This document shows positions 49,653 to 61,400 of a stretch of DNA of 64,000 nt, in pieces. A program made the position numbers and the translations under genes. How positions within the stretch are numbered: the first letter of the stretch is position 1; every line of letters starts with the position of its first letter. Origin of the DNA: Macrostomum lignano (lineage: Eukaryota); the NCBI GenBank assembly GCA_002269645.1, contig NIVC01001753.1, forward strand, positions 124,001 through 188,000, written 5' to 3'. The notes under the pieces were generated by a model. That model was not told where the DNA came from. It saw nothing but the letters and a program-made list of their open reading frames with translations, and ran no database searches.

Positions 49653-52475
49653 ATGGCTGAATTCCTCAGCTGCCCCATATGTTTTTTAACAAAATATATG
49701 CATGTTGCTAGGTCATACAACATGAGGAAACATATTATCAATGTCCATAAATTGAACACCGACTCTACGGAGTTGGCAATAAAATTTGCCAAACTAAAAA
49801 AATATAAAGCAACCGAGCTTTACATGTGCCCCACATGTGTCCATGTAGGCACAAAAGACTCGTTGCGAATGCATATGAAGGCGAAACATAATGAAGGGAT
49901 GCCAAAGAATACGCTGGACGAGGCACAAAACAACGCACAGAGTTATCTCTCAATGTGCACTGAGTTTTTTCGCAGTGGATGCATGGGCCAGGTGCCTGGG
50001 CATCCCAGGAACAGGGCAAGTATTGCTAAATATACTTTGCTAAATATTACCGTGTTTACGAGAAGTGCATATATTTTAACAGTGATGTATATAAAGTACC
50101 AATTTTATTTTACGAACTACGTACAAGAAGCGTGGAGGCAACTAAGATTAAGGAGTAGTCTTTGTAACAAAAATTCAAACAACTTCCCCCGTATCCAGGC
50201 TGCGAAACGTCCACTCGTCAACTCGTCAAGTGACCAACCCAGCAAACGGACAAAGGTAAGTATTTCGGTTCTGCAAACCACTTTTCTAATGATTTTTATA
50301 CTTTATATAATTTTCTGAAAGCCTGTAGTAACACTTTTTAGAATCAAAATGAATATTGTAATTGGTTTTCTGTAAGCATTAAGTAACTTTTTCTAGACTA
50401 TAAAAGTGGTTAGGGTTTTCTAGACTATAAAAGTGGCATCCAAAATCTAATTTTTTCCTCAATCTGGTTGAATTGCTTTCCCAGTGGCAAACGACTGATG
50501 ATGATGATGTGCCTTGCGAGCCTCACCTTTCGGCCTCACCTTGCGAGCCTCTGGTGCCTCTGGTGCCTCAGCGTGGCTCGGCCTCACCTCAGCGGCCACC
50601 GCATTCGGCCTCGGCCAGTGCCAGCAGTGCCACAACGGTGCCGAAGTGCCACAGCGGTCCAACCGGCCGTTCTTCAACGGTCCAACCGACCGGAAATTCT
50701 CATGAAGCGGTGAGTGTGTCACAATATTCACGTCATTCCTAAAGAATTTAGCAGACAGTAAATTCAATGTATTTTTGTGTCAGAAAGTCAAACATTATTT
50801 CGCGTAGTAAGTTTTTCAGGAAGGGCACAATTCTTTTAGTAATCACGTTCAGATCAATACTTGTAACCGGAAGTTTTTAATAAAAAGTATTCAGAACGCG
50901 ATCATTAAGATTTTCAAGGGCAAGAACTTGATTTCTATTTATACTTTATATAATTTTCTGAAAGCCTGTAGTCACACTTTTTAGAATCAAAATAAATGAA
51001 TATTGTAATTGGTTTTCTGTAAGCATTAAGTAACTTTTTCTAGACTATAAAAGTGGTTAGGGTTTTCTAGACTATAAAAGTGTCATCCAAAATCTAAATT
51101 TTTCCTCAATCTTGCTGAAATGCTTTCCCAGTGGCAAACCAATGATGATGTGCCCTGCGAGCCTGTGGTGCCTCTGGTGCCTCAGGTCTCCGGTGACTCG
51201 GCCTCACCTCAGCTGCCATCACATTCCGCCTCGGCCAGTGCCACAACGGTGCCAAGGAATTGTCCAACCGACCGGAAATTCTCATGAAGCGGTGAGTGTG
51301 TCACAATATTCACGTCATTCCTAAAGAATTTAGCAGACAGTAAATTCAATGTATTTTTGTGTCAGAAAGTCAAACATTATTTCGCGTAGTAAGTTTTTCA
51401 GGAAGGGCACAATTCTTTTAGTAATCACGTTCAGATCAATACTTGTAACCGGAAGTTTTTAATAAAAAGTATTCAGAACGCGATCATTAAGATTTTCAAG
51501 GGCAAGAACTTGATTTCTATTTATACTTTATATAATTTTCTGAAAGCCTGTAGTCACACTTTTTAGAATCAAAATAAATGAATATTGTAATTGGTTTTCT
51601 GTAAGCATTAAGTAACTTTTTCTAGACTATAAAAGTGGTTAGGGTTTTCTAGACTATAAAAGTGTCATCCAAAATCTAAATTTTTCCTCAATCTTGCTGA
51701 AATGCTTTCCCAGTGGCAAACCAATGATGATGTGCCCTGCGAGCCTGTGGTGCCTCTGGTGCCTCAGGTCTCCGGTGACTCGGCCTCACCTCAGCTGCCA
51801 TCACATTCCGCCTCGGCCAGTGCCACAACGGTGCCAAGGAATTGTCCAACCGGCCGTGGACATTCACATGAAGCGGTGAGTGTGTCACAATATTCACGTC
51901 ATTCCTAAAGAATTTAGCAGACAGTAAATTCAATGTATTTTTGTGTCAGAAAGTCAAACATTATTTCGCGTAGTAAGTTTTTCAGGAAGGGCACAATTCT
52001 TTTAGTAATCACGTTCTGATCAATACTTGTAACCGGAAGTTTGAAAGTATTCAGAACGCGATCATTAAGATTTTCAAGGGCAAGAACTTGTAACTTGATC
52101 TTGATCTTAAAATTGGTTTCTTATATTGGTTTCTTTTCCGTATTGGTTCGTGCATTTAATGTTCAATTTTGTTTCATTTAGGATTTGAAGACGCTTACGT
52201 GTAGAACGCACTTTAATTTACTGAATTCTGCGCAAAGTGATCTGGCGCGCAGGATTCAGTACGCTTCAAGCGAATTCGCAAATTGGACAGAAGACGAGAA
52301 GGGCCAGTTTTTACAAGCGTTTAAAAAATTCGGCAAAGAGTTTTCGAAGATCGCCGCCGCCATCCATAGCAAGACTATTGCACAATGTGTGGCATTTTAT
52401 TATAGCTCAAAGTATGAGCCTAAATTTAAGAATATGTACGCCGCCAAGAAGCGAGCAGCCAGGCGGAAGCGTTGA
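49653..52475 (+). CDS. Multi-exon two-C2H2 zinc finger protein ending in a SANT/Myb domain
   Basis: CPIC...HIINVH and CPTC...HMKAKH fingers. Phase-0 exons 49653-50255, 50485-50709, 51714-51875 and 52182-52475 (middle copy 51132-51291 is frameshifted). Last exon WTEDEKGQFLQAFKKFGKEFSKIAAAIHSKTIAQCVAFYY is a typical SANT. Confidence 0.72.
50330..52080. repeat. Tandem triplication of exon+intron cassette B (~580-640 bp)
   Basis: ORFs at 50468, 51112 and 51694 (offsets 644 and 582). Confidence 0.92.
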
Positions 52476-52754
52476 TGAATTACATAATAATTATAATATT
52501 ATTTCTTTAAGACAATTTATTTGTGCAAATAATTCAGGTTCAGGCATTATCTTATTTGAAAAACTTTTCTTTCTTTTTATTATATTCTTTCTGATTTTAT
52601 CTGATTTGTGAGTTTGAGAAATAAATAAACCGTTTAAAAGTATTGTTTTTGATTTTGAGAAAAAAATAAGCTGTTTAAAAATATTTAACGATGCGTAATT
52701 TTCTCGATTTCCCCTATTTTAAATATATAATTTAACTAGAATCGAGAAAAGCAG

Positions 52755-54444
52755 ATGCGAGCTTTGGAATCAGAAAACGCCTGGCTAAAAGAAATGCTGC
52801 GAATTCAGCACGTCCTCATTATAAGCCAACGCAGGACCCTAGAATCGGTTCAAGGTTCTCCAAACCCAAAAATGCCTAGTGTAAGCCGTAAAATTTTAGA
52901 TACCAATTCTTAATTCCATATTTTAACTAAGCATTCATAGTCTTTCTGCGAAAGCTTTAAATAAAAAAAGTAGTCAATTTACAAACTTATAAAAAAGTTT
53001 ATAAGCACAATCAAGTCGTTTAGTGTTCAGTGTCCAATAATCTTTTTATTATCCAACACGCTTTTTCCAAGTAAGTTTTCCATGCTTTTAAGGGCAAATG
53101 AATCAAAATTACATGATAACTTTAGCTAAATATATTTATATAACCTCAAATATAACCTGTCCAGCCAGCTGAAGGTGCCGGTGCCGGTGCTGCCGGTGCC
53201 ACTATGACGGCCGCCTACACTGCCACATCCGCTGCTACCGCCACCTCCGCTGCTACTTCCACCACCGCCACCTCCGCTGCTACCTCCACCACCACCAGCT
53301 CCGCTGCTGCCGCTGTAAGTATTTTGTATCTGCTAGTATTCACGTTTACTTACTTGTAGCAGATCTATATAAGCGGTATTCAGCACGCTATGCAGAAAGA
53401 TAGCATAGAAACCCTGGCGCAAATTTTACGAGCTCGTAGTATAGTATAGCATGGCATAGCATGATACCTTGCCCCAGATTCTACACAGGCCTACGATATC
53501 GTATAGATGTAAATTAGCAAGATGTACATTAATGTTCATTCGATCTAAATACTACTCAATATAGACACCGGACGCGCGTCGGTCCGTTATTAATGGATCC
53601 TTGCCTGGAGGGCCATTATTCGATGTATGTAATAAATATTTATTGTCTGGTTTAATTGTTATTTTTCGTCTTTTATCTACTACTTTTAAAGTACTTTTAC
53701 TTATACCCGTATTATTTTCTTTTATACCTTTTGTATTTTGAGTCCTAAATCGTAAGTCCATAAGCTCTTAACCTCGTAGTTGAGGTTATACTTTAAGTCT
53801 CTACATGCTCATACAAGCCTCATACATACTTTAATTGAAAAAATATAGGTAGACCTCGATGCCTCATTCGGCAGTGGCGACGTCGGCAGTGGCAGTGGCA
53901 ACGACGAAGGCCCTGCCGACGTCACTATCCGCGGCCCTACGCGGGGAGCTAGCTTAAAGGGTGCCCGAAAGGCAGCAGGACAAGCAGAAGTCCTCCGGCG
54001 GCTCCTTAACAACGATGACTCAGCAGTAACTGTTAGTGCTACCCGGAGCAAAGGCCGCGGAGCTTTTGCTGCGTGTGCCCTCGCCAGAGGAGCATACGTA
54101 TGCGAGTATGCAGGTAAGCTTCTTAGCAAGACGGAATCCGACACTCGCTACGTCGAGCTCGCCGAGGCCGACAAAGACACGTTTTTTTTATTTAACTTTG
54201 ATTTCAATGGCCGGGAATATGCTATCGACGCCACGGACACCGATCGCGTCGGTTCTTAAATCATTCTCGGACAAAAAAAAACTGCCGAGTAGTCACCACC
54301 GGTGTCCAATGTCCGGGAGGCGTGATTCGACCGGCCCTATATTTCCAGACTACAAAATATGTTCCGAAGGGACGTGAACTTTTATTCGACTACGGCCCTA
54401 GGGACGCGGAAACTCTGGAGAGTTGTAAGTGGCTGAACGATTAA
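52755..54444 (+). pseudogene. SET8/PR-Set7 (H4K20 methyltransferase)-like SET domain gene, frameshifted just before NHS; missed by the ORF track
   Basis: Phase-0 exons 52740/52755-52880, 53165-53314 and 53849-54444. SKGRGAFA...VCEYAGKLL...FLFNF...YAIDAT, then a frameshift at ~54254-54258, then LNHS...ELLFDYG...WL*. AATAAA at 54445. Confidence 0.85.
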
Positions 54445-54903
54445 AATAAAACTCGTTCTAAAAATATTCCCGTCAGAAATCAATACAAGATAAAGCTTAA
54501 ACATACTTAAAAAATCGATTTAGATCACTTACAATTCTTTACTTAATAGCTTAATTGCTTAGTTGCTTAATACTTAATTACTTCATGGCTGATTTATTGC
54601 TCATAATTTTTTTCATTGACCTCCTTATATTTTCTTTTTTAATTTTTGGTTTGCTTAGTACTTCGTATTTTACTTTGCTTACAATTTTGTGTTGCTTTGC
54701 TTATCATTTTGCTTATTGGCTTGCTTTCCGCATTATTTTGCTTATTATTTTGCTTTTTGGTTTGATAATTGAAGATTTTCTTTCCCTAGTGTGCCATGCT
54801 TCGAAAAAAATAACATGGTCAATAATGAGATAAGAATGTCGCAGCATTTCCAAGAAATAAATTCGATTACTTAATTCGAAACTAATTAATGTAAAGTTCC
54901 CGG

Positions 54904-57415
54904 TCTTTTTATATTATTTCTAGAACCTGAAGGGAGAATAATGCTCCAGACATATACTCTAGAAAATCAGTACACTTTCTAAGAAGGTCGGTATACTGAT
55001 ATGAAGTTTCTTCACTTTAGCTTCTGGCCATCCTAGGTTTTGGTAGTCGGACTTTCAGTTGTGTAAACATTCTGAAATCGTGTATAGACCTCCTAAAGCG
55101 AAAAATATCTTAAGTAGTTGTCAAACATTTTTCTATGCGGCCAAGTGAATCTCGACTTGGCTGTTGTGCGCTCTATTATGCTTGCCCATACAGTTAAGTA
55201 GTAAGTTTTTCAGCTCAAAGGTTAGGTACTATTGGGGCATTCAACTGCATGCTCTTGTTCTTAACCATACAAGTCCATATTATACACTTTATTATGAGTA
55301 GCGCAATGAACGTTTGAGAGTCCTGAAGGTAACTCTCACCCTCGTCAGGAGAACCGACGTATGCCTATGTCAGAGTAGTAAGTTTTTCAGGGGACATGCA
55401 ATATCTGTCGTGTCTTGACCATACTGTCTTTAATGCCTCGTATAAGAATGTTTAAAGTCAATTGTTACTCTGAGAATATATCAAGGAACTTATAAAAGTA
55501 TTTTAGTAGAAATATGAGGGGCTATTCGCCCCTTACGAGGGGCATTTCGCCCCTCATAATTATAAGCCCATCTTGACTACTAAATATCGTCGCTCAGTAG
55601 AGTGATAAGCGTATCAAAATGACTGAGCGGACTCGGTCATACTGATATGACGTTACTTCACTTTAGCTTCTGGCCATCCTAGGTTTTGGTAGTCGGACTT
55701 TCAGTTGTGTAAAAATTCTGAAATCGTGTATAGACCTCCTAAAGCGAAAAAATATCCTAAGTAGTTGTCAAACATTTTTCTATGCGGCCAAGTGAATCTC
55801 GACTTGGCTTTTATTTGCTCTTTGATGTTTGCCAATATAGTGAGGAGTAAGATTTTCAACTCAGAGGTTAGGTACTATTGGGGCATTCAACTGCATGCTC
55901 TTGTTCTTAACCATACAAGTCCATGTTATACACTTTATTATGAGTAGCGCAATGAACGTTTGAGAGTCCTGAAGGTAACTCTCACCCTCGTCAGGAGAAC
56001 CGACGTATGCCTATGTCAGAGTAGTAAGTTTTTCAGGGGACATGCAATATCTGCCGTGTCTTGACCATACTGTCTTTAATGCCTCGTATAAGAATGTTTA
56101 AAGTCAATTGTTACTCTGAGAATATATCAAGGAACTTATAAAAGTATTTTAGTAGAAATATGAGGGGCTATTCGCCCCTTACGAGGGGCATTTCGCCCCT
56201 CATAATTATAAGCCTATCTTGACTACTTAATATCGTCGCTCAGTAGAGTGATAAGCGTAATAAAATGACTGAGCGCACTCTTGCGATAAAGCAAAGATAT
56301 GATATAAATTTCCCTGTCTTTTTATATTATTTCTGGAATCTGAAGAGAGAATAATGCTCCAGACCTATACTCTAGAAAATCAGTACACTTTCTAAGAAGG
56401 TCGATATACTGATATGAAGTTTCTTCACTTTAGCTTCTGGCCATCCTAGGTTTGTGTATTCGGACTTTCAGTTGTGTAAACATTCTGAAATCGTGTATAG
56501 ACCTCCTAAAGCGAAAAATATCCTAAGTAGTTGTCAAACATTTTTCTATGCGGCCAAGTGAATCTCGACTTGGCTGTTGTGCGCTCTATTATGCTTGCCC
56601 ATACAGTTAAGTAGTAAGTTTTTCAGCTCAAAGGTTAGGTACTATTGTGGCATTCAACTGCATGCTCTTGTTCTTAACCATACAAGTCCATGTTATACAC
56701 TTTATTATGAGTAGCGCAATGAACGTTTGAGAGTCCTGAAGGTAACTCTCACCCTCGTCAGGAGAACCGACGTATGCCTATGTCAGAGTAGTAAGTTTTT
56801 CAGGGGACATGCAATATCTGGCATGTCATGACTATACTGTCTTTATTGCCTCTTATAAGAAGGTTTAAAGTCAATTGTTACTCTGAGAATATATCAAGGA
56901 ACTTATAAAAGTATTTTAGTAGAAATATGAGGGGCTATTCGCCCCTTACGAGGGGCATTTCGCCCCTCATAATTATAAGCCCATCTTGACTACTAAATAT
57001 CGTCGCTCAGTAGAGTGATAAGCGTAATAAAAGGACTGAGCGCACTCTTGCGATAAAGCAAAGATATGATATAAATTTCCCTGTCTTTTTATATTATTTC
57101 TGGAGTCTGAAGAGAGAATAATGCTCCAGACATCTACTCTAGAAAATCAGTACACTTTCTAAGAAGGTCGATATACTGATATGACGTTACTTCACTTTAG
57201 CTTCTGGCCATCCTAGGTTTTGGTAGTCGGACTTTCAGTTATGTAAATGTGTTCAAAGTCAATTGTTACTCAGAGAATATAGGAAAGGAACTTATAAAAG
57301 TGTTTTAGTAGAGATAGGAGGGGCTATTTGCCCCTCAAGAGGGGCATTTCGCCCCTCATAATTTTAAGCCCATCTTGACTACTAAATATCGTCGCTCAGT
57401 AGAGTGATAAGCGGA
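54904..57415. repeat. Right array of satellite module A; 54904-57095 is a near-identical direct copy of 24220-26411
   Basis: Identical ORFs at 25081 and 55765 (offset 30684). Confidence 0.92.
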
Positions 57416-58400
57416 TAATTCAGATCTAAATCTGAATCTCACCCTATTGGAAAAGAGGCACCCTGAGATCTCACTGTAGGATTGTAAGATTAGATAGTCC
57501 GTATAATATATGTTAGATGTGACCCCTATCTCATACCCGAAAAACGTATCTAAAGGTAAATCTCACCTAATCGGAAAAGTCTCACCCTGAGATCTCGGAT
57601 TAGGATGGTATAGAAAATCCTAATGACAAGGTGACCTCTATCTCATACCTTGGAAAAGCGTCGAAAGTAAATGTCACTCTATTAAGCTTTTTGGGTTAAT
57701 TCCCCTCCTGACCGCCTACGGAGGTCAATGGACCTCAAATAGTGGCTTAGGTTGATAGAGAAACGAAAGGATTTATAGATTGTATTGCGGAAAAAAAAGA
57801 AAAAAATACATGTATTCTTATGGTGAGGGGCTTCTCGCACATGGCGAGGGGCTTCTCGCGCCCCCTGGAGGGTTTAATAATTTTAAGCCCATCTTGACTA
57901 CTAAATATCGTCGCTCAGTAGAGTGATAAGCGGATAATTCAGATCTAAATCTGAATCTCACCCTATTGGAAAAGAGGCACCCTGAGATCTCACTGTAGGA
58001 TTGTAAGATTAGATAGTCCGTATAATATATGTTAGATGTGACCCCTATCTCATACCCGAAAAACGTATCTAAAGGTAAATCTCACCTAATCGGAAAAGTC
58101 TCACCCTGAGATCTCGGATTAGGATGGTATAGAAAATCCTAATGACAAGGTGACCTCTATCTCATACCTTGGAAAAGCGTCAAAAGTAAATGTCACTCTA
58201 TTAAGCTTTTTTGGGTTAATTCCCCCCCTGACCGCCTACGGAGGTCAAGGGACCTCAAATAGTGGCTTAGGTTGATAGAGAAACGAAAGGATTTATAGAT
58301 TGTATTGCGGAAAAAAAAAGAAAAAAATACATGTATTCTTATGGTGAGGGGCTTCTCGCACATGGCGAGGGGCTTCTCGCGCCCCCTGGAGGGGCGTTTC
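57361..58400. repeat. ~519-bp tandem duplication of the right subterminal region, including part of the inverted end
   Basis: CAGATCTAAATCTGAATCTC at 57421 and 57940. Confidence 0.92.
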
Positions 58401-58481
58401 GCAAGGTAAGGGGCGAAGAGCCCCTCGCCGCGAGAACCCCCTCGTGAGGGGGTTAGTCCGCCAGGAGCCCCTCGGATGCAG
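58324..58481 (-). repeat. Right imperfect terminal inverted repeat
   Basis: See the left repeat. It ends ...GCCCCTCGGATGCAG one base before direct-repeat copy 2. Confidence 0.75.
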
Positions 58482-58482
58482 A

Positions 58483-61400
58483 TTAGGGTTTTGGTTAGGG
58501 TTAGAATTTTGACAGGAGATTTTTTAAGATTTCAAGGCTACATGTAGCTTATTAAAAATACGTGTATTGCATTTCTTTGGCTCCCCAACGGGGGGCGTAG
58601 ATTGCTAGTAAATGCTAAAGCTGAAAAGCAGTTATACAGCCCTATTTTTCTGAATTTAGAGTTTGCGAATGCTTAGGATGAAAAGCATAGTTTAACACGC
58701 AGAGACTTGCAACAAGACTCACCTAGCTGTCGTCCCCTCTTTGCGGCCGGAGGCTGAGACTGCTGCTGCTGCTGCTGTGAGGGGCCTGCTCGCCCCCACA
58801 AAGCTGAAATAGCGGCTTCAGCGGCTGGGCGTTTTGATGCCATTCTTTGCTTCTGCTTCTTCTTCTGCGGCTGCTGCTGCTGCGATTGCGGCTGATGCTG
58901 CTGTGATTGCGGCTGTGACTGCTGATGCCGATACTCCTGCAATCTCCTTTATGTACCCCTGTAGGAAGGGATGCCGCAAACAGAATGCGCGCGGTGTGCA
59001 TTATTTCTCTTTCCCCTGTACTGCATTTGCAAATTAGTGTACAATTGTACACTCAGACCCCAACTTGGTATAGAAAAGTTGGGGTCTGAAAATACCCCAT
59101 CATTTTCGTTCTCGCACAGATTGTAATTGGATCTTAGTGTATCTAGCCAACCGGTAGTGCTGTAGGAACGAAAAATGCAGACTGCAGTCTCACCTCCTCA
59201 GAGTACAGTCGCTTTCGCAGGTATATAAAGGACGACGCTGGAGTTGAAATTTTTCAGAATTCTCGCTCTGACACTCTCAGCATCAGCAGCAGCATCAGTC
59301 GCTCTCTTTCTCCGTGAAACTCTGTTAAAATGTCTATTCCACTTGTTGATGAAATATTTTAAAATTGTTCTTCTTCTGGTCTCTCACTTCTATGGCTCTG
59401 TCTATTTCAAATATCAATGTGAGAGCCAAATAACTGAGGCGGCGGATTCAACTGACTTTTCCTGATGATGCAAAACACTTGATAGTAACTTACAGACCGT
59501 TGTATTTGATGGTCACAATCTCGAGATGTTATCTTACAAAATATGATGTCTAAGATGGAATTCCAAATAAGAAGCTCGTTTTGTTCGAGTTCCAAGGGGT
59601 TTCCAAGTTTTCGGGTGAACCGAAGGTTCAGTCTATTGTGGAACGTGGGTTGGTTGTTGTTTTGGTTTTAGTGAGTCAATTTATCAGTTTTAGTATTTGG
59701 GTTGAGACCCTAACTGTGTCAATCAAAAGTAGTCAGAGTAGGTATGTTAGAATAGCGAGAAGAGAGAAGAGAGGCGAAAGAGAGGCGAGGCAAGGCGAGC
59801 TCCTTGCTTGGTTAAAATGGGCTTTTATAGTACTTTTCAGTCTTGATCGCATTGGATAGTACATAGCTGCTTTTCATTGGTTGAGGTTGGGGTCGTGTCC
59901 CCAGCTTTTGCTAGTTGGAGCGCATTCATTGGTTAAAATACATTCAATCTGGATGGGAACTTTCTAGAGCCAAAATGTGTCACTTCATTGAAAATTACGT
60001 GGTGCGCAAGCCCACATTCGATACTGATCGAGAACTGATTAAGATTCGGCGTTTCTACACCGACAAGAAAGGCAACTACAAGCACGGTTTCCAAGGCGTG
60101 TTTCTGACTCGCATCGAGTGGCAGCATCTTAAGCGGGCGCGCTGGATTATTGAGTCTCTGCGGATCCGTGACTACTCTCGTCATGAAAGGTTTCAGCTGG
60201 GCGAGAGCGGTCGCAAGATTCTGGAAGTGAAAAACAACCAGATTTGGCTGCATCGCAACAACCCGGCCGACTCCGACAACGGATGCTGCGATGAGGGCGA
60301 GCGCTGGAAATACTCAATCAAGTTGAGCATTAAATTGTGGACTGCTCTAATGGATGCTGACGTTGATTCGCTGTTTGTCTCGCAGTCGCCGCCACCGCTG
60401 CCAAGACGACGGCTTCAGAGCCAGCATCGTGGTTCAACGGCAGCAGCAGCAACAGCAATGATGATAGACGGTAAGGGTAGCCGCTGCCGCCGCAGTGCTG
60501 ACACCCCGCCGCCGATTGAACTGCAGCCGCCGCCGGTGAAGAAGCTTCCCACTACGGCTACGGCTGGCAGCGAAGGCGACGGCAGCAGCGGCAACGGCAG
60601 CTACAAGTGGTGGTACTCGTTTCCTCCGGACTCGACTGAGGAATTCCAAGCTATGCCTGGGAGGCGGGGCGCATATATTGGTTAAACTAAAGGGGAACGG
60701 ATAAGGCTTGCTACTCCTACGCGACTCTGTCAATTCAACCATTCCCGAACCGCGACTGCTCGACAACCCATTATGGCTATGCAAGCCCAACTCGAAAGGA
60801 CGAGGAAGACGGCGGATCAATGGTGGTGGCTCTGTCGGCGGTTGTGGGAACTCGAGTTGCTGCTGGAGGACGGCTGGCCCCGTGACACGAAGCGGGGTGC
60901 TCGGCGGGGTTCACGGCTCCTGTCAGCGTTCAGACGGCTAATCACACCCGTCCGCAAGTGACCTCAGTGCCAAATCAAGGAATCAGTGATCCAAGTCACT
61001 GAGCCGGTCTCTGAGCTCGGTTTCAATGATAACCTTAGAGAACAACTCACAGAAGCAGTGACAATTTAGGTCATTCATTCAAACTACTGGGCTAAAAAAC
61101 TCGGCTATATTTTGCAGTCATCTGGAATATTGCATTCGATCTGAAAATTTTAAACTGAGTTTGAATACTCGTAAATAAAGCATTTACAGAAATGCAATTA
61201 GCTTGTATTTAGTTTTTTTAAAACAAAGAAGCAAACAGATTGTTCGGGTTCTTCTCGATAGCCACAGTCACGTGCATTCTCATCGAGCCTTGGTGAAGTA
61301 GCACCTCAGCAGCCTCTCTATGATCTCGACAGCCGAGTTGTACAAGTCCATGTCGAAGCTGGAGCTCTGCGAGTCGGAGAACACCGTGGCCGACTCTGTG

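Larger units (their letters stand above)
18799..58481. mobile_element. Putative giant (39.7-kb) element with imperfect inverted ends, encoding a tyrosine-recombinase-like gene plus ZnF/SANT/SET genes
   Basis: Inverted ends abut the two 4.78-kb direct repeats. Related satellite modules occur in both subterminal regions. Gene content is listed in the other features. Confidence 0.55.
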
